Translations under genes and position numbers: made by a program
Origin: Phoronis australis
Lineage: Eukaryota > Animalia > Phoronida
Reading direction: 5' to 3'
Length of the DNA stretch: 64,000 nucleotides
Assembly (NCBI GenBank): GCA_002633005.1
Contig: NMRA01000010.1
Coordinates: 1,661,298-1,725,297 of the forward strand
The notes under the pieces: model-generated
The model's input: only the letters and a program-made list of their open reading frames with translations
The model's database searches: none
What the model was told of the DNA's origin: nothing
Shown here: positions 47,868-61,568 of the stretch, piece after piece
Layout of the letters: each line of letters starts with the position of its first letter
How positions within the stretch are numbered: position 1 is the first letter of the stretch

Positions 47868-50800
47868 TCAATCACCATGTCGTGCACACGTTTAATATTT
47901 TTTGATAAAAATGTGCTTCCCAATTATACTTATGAAAGAATTTTGAACGTCTCCTCAATCTACGATGAAAGATTTGAAAGCAATCTGAGGTGCTGTTTTG
48001 AAAATGCGTGCATTACACTTGTTCATACTGAAATAAATACGTGACTACCTTGCAACCGTCACTGCAACAAAGCAAGCGTGAATCCGGAAGTCCTTCTTAC
48101 TTCAAATGTTTATACTCTAGAAATTGCCGTGAATTGAAATCTGGATTCTATTCATCGTTTGGTGTTGTTTTACAAGAACCTGAACTCTGTTAGGGACTTC
48201 CAGATTCAAGAGAGCGTTACACAGCGACGTTTGAAGAGCACTCGTATGAACGTACTTGATGCCCCTTGTTTGTCGTAACTAAACTCAAAATCAACAAATG
48301 CATATAGGGCTGTAGCGGAAAAAGTGAAATCTCGAGCGCGTGTACACATGTAAGAGCTATGCCGTGAAGCTAATCCACGCAGTTGATTATTTTCAGTGAT
48401 AATCACGTAGCCGCTTTGATGTGTCAAAATATCGCGAGACCTCCCGGCAAAACATGACATCGCGTGCGCAAACTTAACGATGAGGTTACGATAAAAGGTC
48501 TACATTTCGGCGTTAACATATCTATATGTGAATCCGTTGCCCCAAAAGCAATTAGTCACTTCACAGGCACATAAGGGATTGACAAAAATGTTTCGGAGTG
48601 ATTTGAAATTATTTCAATTAAATCTGAAATCCAATTTGGCACAGGATCCGATATTCATCATAGACAGATAAACATGTGTGTATCATACCACCTTCATTTT
48701 AAGTTGGGAAGTAACCGTTCTGTCGCAAAAATGTCGTTAAACACACGATTTGACGATTTGAACCATTGGTTGTTAAAATTAAAATTCAGAAAGAAATTAG
48801 AGGTAGAACAGACGAAACGACGATTTCCCCGAAACCAGCAAACAATGCGCTTGCCTTGTAATTTAATACAATGACGGGTAGCTTGTCTCACTGAAAACAG
48901 CCTATCTATGAAGAGGATAGAATTATTCAGTGTCATCTGAATTAGTCAAAATAACTAGCATGAAATTTTATTGTGACCTTAAATACCTCAGTCTGTGCTG
49001 TAATGTTCAATAAATGGTCTAGTTAACTTTTGAACGACATTCCATATCGTTAAAACAGCTACAGATAGATAATTTTGTTTACGCCTAAGCAACAATTCTC
49101 AAGCCCCACCTATTTAAGCGTGTTCGGAATGAAACGCGTGAAATGTGTTCGAGATTTCACCTGTATTCTGAGGTAAACAACAAGTGTACGTGATTATTCC
49201 TTCGAACAATGTTAATTAAAAATCGCATGGCTATACATGTACCTTTGCAAAACGGAAACGTTCGTCGAGGGCGACACTGACAGAGGCACGCCACGACACA
49301 AACAGATTAAAGTTAACCAATTATTGTGTTGAACGATTTTGCCTAGCTTTGCTAAAAAAGAATTGTATTGCTACATCACACTGTTTTCGCTACTGCAGAA
49401 TCGAAGTGGTCGCCGTTACGTGATCTTGTTGAGCCAGTGTCGTAGTCGTGTATTTGATTGGACACCGGCTGAGTCTTCTAGAACAAAAGGGACNTCAATC
49501 ATCATGTCGTGCACACGTTTGATATCTTTTGATAAAAATGTGCTTCCCAATTATACCTATGAAAGATTTTTAAACGTCTCCTCAGTCTGCAATGAAAGAT
49601 TTGAAAGCAACCTGAGGTGCTCTTTTGAAAACGCGTGCATTATGCTTGTTCACACTGAAATAAATACGTGACTACCTTGCAACCGTCACTACAACAAAGC
49701 AAGCGTGAATCCGGAAGTCCTTCTTACTTAAAATGTTTATACTCTAGAAATTGCCGTGAATTGAAATCTGGATTCTGTTTATAGTTTGCTGTTGTTTTAC
49801 AAGAACCTGACCTCTGTTAGGGACTTCCAGATTCAAGAGAGCGTTACACAGCGACGTTTGAAGAGCACTCGTATGAACGTACTTGATGCCCCTTGTTTGT
49901 CGTAACTAAATTCAAAATCAACAAATGCATATAGGGCTGTAGCGGAAAAAGTGAAATCTCGAGCGCGTGTACACATGTAAGAGCTGTGCCGTGAAACTAA
50001 TCCACGCAGTTGATTATTTTCAGTGATAACCACGTAGCCACTTTGATGTGTCAAAATATCGCGAGACCTCCCGACAAAACATGGCATCGCGTGCGCAAAC
50101 TTAACGATGAGGTTACGATAAAAGGTTTACATTTCGGCGTTAACACGTTTATATGTGAATCCGTTGCCCCATAAGCAATTAGTCACTTCACAGGCATGTA
50201 AGGGATTGACAAAAATGATTTGGAGTGAATTGAAAATATTTCAATTAAATCTGAAATCCAACTTGGCACAGGATCCGATATTCATCATAGACAGATAAAC
50301 ATGTGTGTAAAATACCACCTTCATTTTAAGTTGGGAAGTAACCGTTGTGTCGTAAAAATGTCGTTAAACACACGATTTGACGATATGAACCATTGGTTGT
50401 TAAAATTAAGATTCAGAAAGAAATTAGAGGTAGAACAGACGAAACGACGATTTCCCCGAAACCAGCAAACAATGCGCTTGCCTTTTAATTTAATACAATG
50501 ACGGGTAGCTTATCTCTCTGAAAACAGCCTATCTATGAAGAGGATAGAATTTTCAGTGTCATCTGAATTAGTCAAAATAACTAGCATGAAATTTTATTGT
50601 GACCTTAAATACCTCAGTCTGTGCTGTAATGTTCAATAAATGGTCTAGTTAATTTTTGAACGACATTCCATATCGTTAAAACAGCTACAGATAGATAATT
50701 TTGTTTACGCCTAAGCAACAATTCTCAAGCCCCACCTATTTAAGCGTGTTCGGAATGAAACGCGTGAAATGTGTTCGAGATTTCACCTGTATTCTGAGGT

Positions 50801-51119
50801 AAACAAGAAGTGTACGTGATTATTCCTTCGAACAATGTTAATTAAAAATCGCATGGCTATACATGTACCTTTGCAAAACGGAAACGTTCGTCGAGGGCGA
50901 CACTGACAGAGGCACGCCACGACACAAACAGATTAAAGTTAACCAATTATTGTGTTGAACGATTTTGCCTAGCTTTGCTAAAAAATAATTGTATTGCTAC
51001 ATCACACTGTTTTCGCTACTGCAGAATCGAAGTGGTCGCCGTTACGTGATCTTGTTGAGCCAATGTCGTAGTCGTGTATTTGATTGGACACCGGCTGAGT
51101 CTTCTAGAACAAAAGGGAC
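47868..51119 (+). repeat. Tandem duplication of about 1.63 kb (47868-49493 / 49495-51119) joined by a single N; probably two alleles assembled in tandem
   Basis: Near-identical copies with scattered SNPs; the junction is exactly the N at 49494. Confidence 0.9.
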
Positions 51120-54100
51120 GAATGAAACAGCCGGCTGCAGTCGACTAGTAAGCCGTGCGAGTACAAAGGGCTTTTCCACCACTAGCAGTTTGGTGTCATA
51201 GTAGTGAATGACGGACAGAAGTTGTTTAAGAACTGAAGACCGCCGAATAAGCCAGTCTACACAAACCAATTTTACGGTACTTTTTTGATTTTATTGTTCT
51301 TCAGTAAGATTGTGCCATGCCTGGTGTTAGTATAAGCATACATCGGCGAGTTTCCTGCTACTTGATATGTTATGTAAGTAACGATATACAATATCTGATT
51401 CGTTTATCATTTGCTGAAATTATTTACATTTTCAGTAGCTGTAAGAAATTTGATTGGTCTTTCTGACAGGTTGATTTTGTGTTCGTCTATGGGTAGATTG
51501 TTCGAATGTTAATGGCGGCTTTTATTTCGATCACTGACATGAACATTTATCGTTTTTCAATAAGGCACAATGATGAAACTATTTTACAACCATGACAGCC
51601 ACTTAAATCAGTAGCATTCGACTTCAAATAAGACGAAAAAAATTAACATTTATTCTAACGGAACATGATTGTGTGGACCGCCACAATGGGGTTGAACTTG
51701 AAATCGAAAAGAACCGGTTAGTTATAAAAACTAAGGTATGAAATCCCGTTTGCACGGATATGTGGCAGATGGCATAAGTATATTAGTCAGTCAAGTGATA
51801 CGTATTAGACATTAGTTTTTAAATGATATCGGTCCGAGTTTCATTTAAACGTGAAGCATAATGTTTTATCACGTCACCCATGGCTATAAGGTCGCTCAAA
51901 TAGCATTTAGTCGATCACAATCACGTCGCGAAAGCAATTAAAGTTGTGGAACGCATGAGAACTGTTGAGCGCGAAAAACGGGAGAATTGTGGTCAAACCT
52001 GATTGTTTGTGTAAAGTTTCAATTACGGTTCTGCGTCGTACGCTAATATTTCATGAGACTGCCATGTTAACACAGATTCTGGACAGAGAAATGGTTCTTG
52101 TCTTGATAAAGGTCAGGGTTGGACTAATTAAGTCGCGTTTTCAGAGCTGTGACTTCAGTCTCCATATTGTCGAGACCTCTAAAAGCTGCAAGCGTGTGCC
52201 TTCCAAGCAATCAAAATGGCGGCAGTACCTAGTCAGACTCAAATGCGTTCCAGAAATGATGTAACCGTCAATTTTCCTACCTGTTGGCAATACCCGGGGG
52301 TTACTAACATAGGTGTCAGATACGGGATATATCGTTCAAATATATGACATTTTCATGGTAAGATTGCCAACAAAAATGTGTGTGTGTCTTTTCCGATTAA
52401 ATGTGCCCCATAGGAGAATGCTCATTCCTTGGGCGAGATCTCTTCTTAAGGACCAGTCGCGTAACAGAACTCAACACAAGGGGTTCATACTGAGGTTTGC
52501 TGTCTTGCAAATGATATCACACAAAGACTGTTTATTTAAGATCAATTCAATACAAAAGCAGTGTGAAGGGTTAAAACCCCTAGAAACGAAAAGGATCCTT
52601 TGACGAGAAAATGTAAAAAAGGGTAACCATTTGAACGGAAGCTCCTGCCAAATAGGTTCATTTTAACCGTACTCACTCACTGAAGGGGTGAAGTTTCGTC
52701 TTGACGACTGTCTAAAAGATTGGGTTCCAAATTTCTCATTGGCACACTCCGTCAACATTTTAGGCCCCTTGAACAATACCCGGCGAGTTTACGACTAGAC
52801 TTAGAGATTGGGTCGCTACAGTAGGGATCTGTTGTCATAAAAAGTCAGAAATTTGGTGTTACGCTCCACGTATCTCACAAAGAGTTTGTTTGGGAATCTA
52901 GCCATAAGTGCTGCTTACTGAGACAATTTGAATGAAATTTTGTTTTTTGCAGTGAGGATATGCTTAATAGGGGTTTGGTGATACAAACTGCAGTCTGAGC
53001 GGAGCGTCGATGTAAACTACAAAGTTGACTGAACCGTTCTTACCGGCTTCGATAGTTAACGGAAGGTGACACTGTTGTCATCGAACTAATCGCAAAGTAG
53101 CGCTGATGCATCGCGTGCACGCTAAGATTTTTTAATGTGAGAGTGGGATCATTAACATGTGCTAATTGACATAAAACTTGTTTCTAATTCGATTGATGAT
53201 TATTCGAACAAAATATAAGCATCTATTAGCGTCGATAGTGCCTTTTAATTGTTGACGTTAATAGTGGCGCTTAGCGAAAACTTCGATGGGGCCTAACTTG
53301 ACCGTTCATACTGCATCGCAGCGTCGATGCTCCAGTGTTAAATCCACCTGTTTACTGCGAAGTTAACTGGTGCTGTTAACTTCGAAACAGGACCGAACTA
53401 GACGTTCACACCGACCGCAATTCCTTTAAAACATCGACGCGGGACCTTCCCCGGGCTTCAGATATGTCCCGCATGATTCAGCAAATTGGAGGAAAATAAC
53501 TAAATAGAGCTTAAGGGAAAATTACACATGTTACTTAGTAACAGCACCAGCATCAAATACGAAAATTCAAGAAAATTTACATTTAATTGATTTTTCCATG
53601 CGATGCTACCCAAAATACCCTGGTATCGTGTGTTCGCGTGTGATTTAAAAACCAACTGTTTACGTGGTCCGCAATCTTAATATTGCCATATAAGGTTGAA
53701 GTCTTGGTTCGATTCCTGCAGATAGCAAACTAGAAGTGCTATGGCGCTTTGAATACAACACGTTTTATCCTAAAGAGGCTCATCCTCTTAGGCAAATCAG
53801 TGAACGTAAACTTTTGTGACTTTGACCTCCTAAATTAAAATTCTCTCATTGGTCATTTTTATCACTCCCTTATCGACTACGTTGCGCAATTGGCAGAAAT
53901 GTGGCGCTTTGCAAACAAGGAGCATCTTATGAATAGGTTTCAGGCATAACACAGATATCGTAGCCGTAACCTATAACATTATCTTTGGTAAAAACAACCG
54001 AGTGCTTACAGTGCAGAAGTTTCTGGTAACATGTGCGAATGACACCATAATTGATTGCAGCGCCACCTATACGTCAACGGTATCCCGGACACGCCTTACG

Positions 54101-54923
54101 TGTGTAGTTAAGTTCCGATGACGTACTTTGACGTCATTATTATAATGAAATAATTACCCTGTTATTGTAAATCATAAAACAGGGAAATTGGCCACGTCCT
54201 GTGAACGCAAGTATCTCACGAAAACGAGAGACACCGTAATTTTTCCCTTGCCCGTTTTTAAGTACTCATCTACGAGAGATTATTGAATAGCACTGAGACA
54301 AACGTACTTATCAATTCCTTGTTGTGGTGTACTGGTTGAAAAGTGTTGAATGAAATTCTCTTCTTGAAAGAAATTTCAGATTTGTTTAATGTTGTGAGTA
54401 AATGCATTTTTTCTCGTCAATACAAAACAAGAATGTCTCACATTCTGTAGTGTTTTTGAGGACAGTTTTTGCGATAACAATATTTTAATGTGTTTTGCAC
54501 TTAGAAGGTAATGACACTCAGTTTTGGAAAAAGTCGTGATAAAATGCATTTTCATTATATTTCATTCTCCAATTTTGGCTCTTATGAATGCAATATACTA
54601 TTTGTTTGTTGCGTTAAAATGATAAATGACATTTATATTTACTATTTCTAAAAAGTGGTCACATTTATTGGAATCAAGAGAATCATAAGATGACTCATTA
54701 CAATCACCAATTGCTCTGTGGTGTTAGACAGCTGATTTTCAAACGTTATCTACACCAATGAACTCAACTTGTCTTGAGCAAACAAAATAAAAAGTGTCTA
54801 CTCGGTGGTCCTCAACTAGCTCATTACTAGGATGAGAAGTGGTGTTTGCTCTTTCAAAGATCAGACAGTTGAAAGACTATGCTCAGCAAAAAAAGTAAAA
54901 CCACGTCACAAGCCAACTAGAAG

Positions 54924-55057
54924 AGACTGGGTAGAGTTTAGTAACGCTAGGACTTCGCTGAAATCTAGCCAAAATCAAGTGCTTTCATTTAAAAATACAC
55001 GGCAATATCTCACGTAATCTCGCGAGGTCCTAGCGTTACTAAACTCTACCCTGGTCT
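54924..55057. mobile_element. Short MITE family, copy 3 of 3 (best preserved)
   Basis: Perfect 25-bp TIR GGGTAGAGTTTAGTAACGCTAGGAC / GTCCTAGCGTTACTAAACTCTACCC. Confidence 0.8.
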
Positions 55058-57552
55058 TAGTGTTTAAGTTCTTTCCAAACCCTGGAATCACTCCTATTTT
55101 GACCAAGCAACAAATTGAGACCAAGTTCATAAGGGTGAGTGGTCTAAATCAAGAATTGTTTTTGTGACGTAATGTAGATACGTAACAAATCAAAAAAGAA
55201 ACCGGCGTTGGGGGCAGAAATCTTTTCGGACTTATGTTCATTACGTTCCGTGATGTAGCCAACAGGTGGCGTCCACACCAGACTTAAAAAAGTATTTGTG
55301 TTCATTGAAATAAGGGCTCAGTATTCGGATTTCTTAATAGAATATGAACCAAGTGAAAGAAGAGCTGACAACGAAGAAGAAGTGCTAGAAAACGTGAAAT
55401 TCGCAGAACAATACAAGAAAGGGCAATCGAAGTTTTCACAAGTTTAAAAATACGCAGTAGATTTTGGGAACTTGGTTGAGTCCTTTTTTGGGACTGTTTC
55501 GTGCAACCAAGCACAGATGTACAAAGCTCCTTCCATTACACTTTTAAATGGGCCATTGTTCACATGTTTTTCTTAATTTCCTTAGACACGTTCATAAAAC
55601 AACTAATGCGCCATTACCCACCCATTTTTCAATTTCGTTTAGACACGTTCACAAAACGACTAAAGTAATAAAATTCTCATTAGCCAACGTTGATCACCTT
55701 TTAGAATTTCTTGTTTGAACAACAGCGACAATTGATATCACGAATTAATTAAAGCGCATTCATTTCAGTAAACCATCATAGTCCTGTTGTGAACCGTCTA
55801 ATGAAGCGTCTAGAAGTCTGTCATGTTTTTTGTTTTGTTTTTCACTTCCAGTGGACAGGAAGGTGTGTACGTCACGCAAGTTTCACTAATGAACGACCTC
55901 AGTAAAATGATAATGTGATGTGCACGTGGAAATGTATAGTAGTAAACACGCTTTTTTCTCTAACAGCCCGATGAAAAACGTACGTAGTGGACATTTGGAG
56001 TACCTTTGGAATATCAAACTTTCGAAGTTGTGACTTGTAACCGCGAAATCAAACCAACTACCTCTGCTACAGCAGCCGAACGCTCTGCTGATAAACCAAA
56101 GCCAATGTCTTTAACTCCCGCATTTTAAGCGTATTTATATTATAAAGACCCCGACATTGATTTCTGCGTTTTGAATTGGCGACTTTTAATAAAAATCGCC
56201 AAAACACAAGAATTTTACTGTTTATAGCTCTGGCGAAAAGGTAATCACATCAAGACATCTATTACATTCAACAACATCGAAAATGCGTTTTTGCCGCTAA
56301 AACAATAACGTCTGTTTAATCTAAGAATACATGAGTCCAATGAAAACTATTTCGCCGTTTTAAAATCAAAATCAACATGTGTTTTAAAACCGCCGATATT
56401 GAATACGTTGATAAGGAAGCAATCCCCTCTAGAAGGTAAACGAAATTGTGACATTGTATAGAGGCAACGATTACAGGTGCTACAAACCATGTGTTGGTGC
56501 GAAAAACACGAATTTTCTTTACGGTGCTATCGCATTCTTATCCTTTCTTTGCATTGAACTTGATTACAATAAAACGACTGCAATTCTCTTGAAAGCCTTG
56601 CCACATTGACAAGTGAACTTCACTTTCATTTTCAACGTGTTATAGAAGGCAAGTGGCACAAAATCGTTAAACAGGTTGGATGCAGCTCAACGGCAGTACG
56701 TCGACTCTTGTTATTTATATTGAGTAAGCGTGTGTTACTTGAACATTCGTTTACATGTTCGTCAGTAAAGTCATTTGGAAAGACCTAACCATTAAGCGAT
56801 TCTTGTTCTTTCGTCATTGAGAGGTGTCGTGCAAATATCAAAGCAATCTCTGGTTTAGGTAGCGATTATTTTTTCTTATGTTAAAGACACTTTGTCGTTT
56901 TTAAAGGTCACCGAATTTCCTCAATCGAAAACTAATAGCATACAAACAATTTGTAAATTGCAGCCCAGGAAGTACGGTGTGTTTTGTGGTTTTTATCACA
57001 TTTTCGAAGTTAACGGTGTTACCGATAGAGAGTTTTAGGACATGCACCCTTAATATAGTTGCATATTTTTAAAGATTTATAGTAAATTCTGTTCTAAAAG
57101 AGCTTAAAACCCAACGTTTTTGAAAAGCTTTCAGTTGCTTTGGATGTCATCATGACTCGATTTGTCAATCTTGTAACAAAAACTAAGTGGAAAAGACATC
57201 TTTAAGAAGCATTCATTCGTCAGAAATTATCGACAAGACATGAAGGAAGCACGGTAAACGCAAGACGCTTGCGAGACACCTGCGGCAGGAAAATCTCATG
57301 TATGAAACAGAAACAAAAACTTATATCCCTCAATTCACGATAGCAGCCTCGCAGACCAATCACTTCCGTGGTTGACATTTTTAGAGTGCACGCAAGTAGG
57401 ATAAAGAATATATACGCGAAACACCCGCATTTCATTTGCAAGAATTTGCATGATCATGTGTGTTCTTGCTTTTTCACGAGTTTCTTGCGTTTATGTAACG
57501 CATACTGGGACTGCCGAACACTGCAAAACCGCAAGATGGCACAAGTCTTTGC

Positions 57553-58009
57553 CTCGCTGGTTCCTCGGGTGGCGCTAGGTGGGGCAGTAGCCGCGCCAGC
57601 ACGCAGCTATCCTAGTTCCGCCACTGAAATCGGTGCTTAAAATTTGTGTTCAGGAAATTTGAAGCCTAGAAATTTTTTGCGCCTTTTCGAAATGCATATC
57701 TCTACTGTCAATGGCTTTTGTTTACGATAGTGTCCTGTATTCATACAGTATGAATAACACACCGGTTAAATAGTACATGTAAATGTAAGTGCTTCAACTA
57801 CGCGGCTATTAAACATCACTGCAGAAACGAAATAGTTGCTGCGACGCCACTTGCATGACAAGGCTAAAAATCGTTCACAGTCCGCCATTTTTTCACGGTG
57901 TAATAAGGCTAACCAATGACTGCCGACGTTACATCAACCAATGCTAAATTGCGTGCCACTGCGTGATACCTGCTTGCTGACTGGGCTAAGCACGCAGGGA
58001 ACCAGCGAA
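57553..58009. mobile_element. MULE-like MITE, copy 2
   Basis: CTCGCTGGTTCC...GGAACCAGCGA termini; TSD AAGTCTTTGC at 57543-57552 and 58010-58019. Confidence 0.78.
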
Positions 58010-58263
58010 AAGTCTTTGCGAGATACCGCCTTGCTTCATAGGACAAGCACCTGATCTCACCAGTTTTACTCTCGAGTGGGCTGCATCGTTTATGCGCAGT
58101 TTTTGAACAGAAGCGAACGTAGACGGCTACAAAACATGGACAATGAGGTTCAGCGAACTCGGTTAATACACTGCCTGAGGTGCACACCGTGAGGGTGGTG
58201 CAAATAACCTTCGCTTGTTTCCTGTCTCCTGTATATTATTCTTCTCAGCACTGACAGCAAGTT

Positions 58264-58715
58264 NNNNNNNNNNNNNNNNNNNNNNNNNNNNNNNNNNNNN
58301 NNNNNNNNNNNNNNNNNNNNNNNNNNNNNNNNNNNNNNNNNNNNNNNNNNNNNNNNNNNNNNNNNNNNNNNNNNNNNNNNNNNNNNNNNNNNNNNNNNNN
58401 NNNNNNNNNNNNNNNNNNNNNNNNNNNNNNNNNNNNNNNNNNNNNNNNNNNNNNNNNNNNNNNNNNNNNNNNNNNNNNNNNNNNNNNNNNNNNNNNNNNN
58501 NNNNNNNNNNNNNNNNNNNNNNNNNNNNNNNNNNNNNNNNNNNNNNNNNNNNNNNNNNNNNNNNNNNNNNNNNNNNNNNNNNNNNNNNNNNNNNNNNNNN
58601 NNNNNNNNNNNNNNNNNNNNNNNNNNNNNNNNNNNNNNNNNNNNNNNNNNNNNNNNNNNNNNNNNNNNNNNNNNNNNNNNNNNNNNNNNNNNNNNNNNNN
58701 NNNNNNNNNNNNNNN
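58264..58715. other. Assembly gap (452 N)
   Basis: Run of N. Confidence 1.
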
Positions 58716-59087
58716 TTTTTTTTTTCAAAGAAAATTGTTTACTCGAGTGTCGTGCATATAAGCGTAAGTTCTTACATGACAGGGCGCGTTGTTTTAGTTG
58801 TGACCGATTTAACCCGTGGGAAACGTACTGAGAATCTCTTCGCTTTTCGCACGCGCCAACCAGTCCGAAAAACAACCCGACTCTTCACGTAGGTCTACGT
58901 CGTTCAGTCCTACATGTAGTGCTTTGTGGATCCGAGACTGCACTAGGCCTTGAACTGTCAGTTAGAGGTAAAAAAATCAATAGCTGGTCGTGACAACATC
59001 TACCCAATCAGCAGATAATCTACGTGGAGCACGGAATTTTCTTTTACAGTCATCTCCGTCCGATAAGGTTTGTTTGATGTCAAAAGC

Positions 59088-59245
59088 AGTGGCGGATTTA
59101 GAGGTGGGCCAAGGGGGCCATGCCCCTTCCCCTAAAATTCTCCCGGATTCCATTTGGCTGTTCGGGGGTGCTAATGTCTGACGGGCAAAATCCTGGCTGA
59201 TACTATCCCCTGCCCCCCCAACTAAAAATCCTGGATCCTTCCATG
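59088..59245. mobile_element. hAT-like short non-autonomous element
   Basis: CAGTGGCGGATTTAGAGG..GGGGGCCATGCCCC...CCCCCCAACTAAAAATCCTGGATCC, a common hAT-MITE pattern; right end degenerate. Confidence 0.5.
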
Positions 59246-60628
59246 ATAAGCTTCAAAAACTCGTGTACTTTTGCGCTATTAGGATCTGGGTAGCCTTCCG
59301 AAGACCAAGTTTCTCGCAAAATCACGAAAGCGAAAGGCGATTGTTTTTTGAAATTTTGCTACGTAGCAAAGTGGCGACACTGGGCAGTGGTCCGTGAGGT
59401 TCAATTGTTAAATTTTGGATAAAATTCATAAACTATGGGGACGAATTTACTGTTTCCGTTCCATAAGCGAGGATTTTTCGTGGCACGTGCAAGCTAATGT
59501 CTAGGATCTACGAAACGCAACCATGTTTTTAGGCCCAGTATTGCATTAGACCACCTAGCGACAGAAAGCAAGCACGTGACATCAACTGCGCAAAGTTGTT
59601 GAGCTCATATGCGAGAGCATTGAGGGTGGGCTTATATCCAAATAGGTGGACTTACACGAGGAAACCAAAAACTGGAGGTTAAGCTTTTATCCGGCGGTGA
59701 ACTTGTACCCAAGTGGGAGTGTGGCAGTTTCAAATCTTCGCAATTTTATTGCTCCTGAGTATGACAACGACTTGCCTTAAGTGTTTAATACAGTTGTCAC
59801 TGTTGTTGGGAGCGGAGAACCCGGCAAATTCTTTAATTATTTTCTCATCTTGCGCGTCCAATTGGCTCACAAATCTTTATTCAAGCCCTCTTAATCAATA
59901 CATTTATTAGTTGTTTGTAACTTCTCTGTTCAGCTTGTAGTGTTCATCAGTCAGCGTGTTATCTCTACAATTATGACGTCTTTTAAGATAGGAGGCGACG
60001 TGACAACTTAACTAAGATCCACAGCCATGTTTTGCGAAGTAAAAAATTGCGAATAATGCACTGGTCACGCATATCGAAAAATATTAAATTAGCCTGATTA
60101 TTACAGTACCAACAGAAGTGGTTTTTCTAAAGCACACGCCTACATTCCAACACGTAGCGTGTACGTTTACTGCGATAAGTTGTTGTTGATTAATTCGGAC
60201 ACGAAGCTCTCAAGAGAAAATAGGTCGTACACTTGGGTACGAACTATTAGAGAAAACACCGTATTCATTTTACTTTTACGTTCGCTGATGCAACCAGGGC
60301 CTAAGGTTTGTGGCCGGCGTCTAATCTTTATGCTCGAACTTGAAATAGTAATTATTTAGCCATATGAGTCTTGGTTAGGGGAATTACCTGCGGCGCAATG
60401 ATTGGCTGCTGCATTGACGTCATTAAAAAGGCAGATTTTAATTATGTTCACAGGCGTTGTTGGTGTCATTTATGAAGCAGAAGGAATTATTTTGGTTATT
60501 GTTTGAAATAAAGATTGTTCGCGTGCGTATTTTCAGTTCCATTTTATGAATAGTATCATGGTGCTAAAACTCATAACAAGAAAATCAACCTCATTTAATA
60601 GTGAGCACTTTACATATACTAATTCTCT

Positions 60629-60933
60629 ACTTCCGGTTTCTTTGACGTAGAGAATTTGGGGTCTGCAAGGTGCTAACAAAAAAGTAAAGCTCATTGTCTA
60701 GTTAGCACTTTGCAGATACCAAATTCGTTACTTCCGGTTTCTTTGACGTAAGGTATCCGCAAAGCTCTAACAAGTAAAGCTCATTGTCTAGTTAGCACTT
60801 TGCAGATACCAAATTCTTTACTTCTGGTTTCTTTGACGTAAGGTATCCGCAAAGCTCTAACAAGAAATTAAAGCTCATTGACTAGTTGCTAGTAGCACCT
60901 TACAGATTCCAAATTCGCTACGTTAAAGAAACC
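60629..60933. repeat. About 90-100 bp unit tandem repeat x3 bounded by inverted ends
   Basis: Unit ACTTCCGGTTTCTTTGACGTA...AAAGCTCATTGTCTAGTTAGCACTTTGCAGATACCAAATTC; outer GGTTTCTTTGACGTAG.GAATTTGG / CCAAATTC.CTACGTTAAAGAAACC. Confidence 0.85.
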
Positions 60934-61436
60934 ATGGACACAAGCTTTATTTAACAGGAACAAAATGTCGTAGTTATTATTAACACAGAACATTTGATAA
61001 TTGCCGACTACTCTGCATTCTCAAGATCTAGTGATTTATTGTCAATAACTAAGTCACGTGTGTAGGTGTGACTTCTTTTGAATTTATTTTTCACCTGCTT
61101 AGGTGAAAGCAAATCACCTTTTACATGAGTATACCTCGAACATTCTTGCTGTCGTCAAATGTGATCGATTATTCCAAAGCAAACTATGATGATCACCGTG
61201 CGCGTGTTGTCTCATGTCAAAATAATGACATGTCCGTTTCGTGAAAAGAGACTTTTAAAAGACGGCTTAAGACCAGCAGCTTATCTATGACCAAAACTGG
61301 GGCTAGGTGAAGACCGAAAACGAACATTCGGAAAAGATCGATTCACGAATACAAATTCGGTCGTCGGTCTTAAAGAGGGTGGAACAAAAAAGCTCGTCAA
61401 AAATATCTTTTAAGTACCATCTCGCAACGCTTAGTC

Positions 61437-61568
61437 ATGGGCGGTGCAGCACTGACTAAAGTGGGGGCTAAGGCCCCTCAGTCCCTCTGTGGTGCACCGC
61501 CTATAGGCCATGTGGGGCGTAGCACTGAAAAAGTGGGGGCTAAAGCCCCCTATAGTGCGCCGCCCATG
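61437..61568. mobile_element. hAT-like mini element with internal duplication
   Basis: CATGGGCGG.GCA...TGCGCCGCCCATG termini; AGCACTGA..AAAGTGGGGGCTAA.GCCCC present twice. Confidence 0.55.

Noticed and set aside
48206-50501. Duplicated 84-aa and 66-aa ORFs
   Set aside because: Conserved only because the DNA is duplicated; no protein-like features and differences are not biased to synonymous sites.
58150-58892. Long ORFs of 241 and 225 aa
   Set aside because: Artefacts spanning the N gap.
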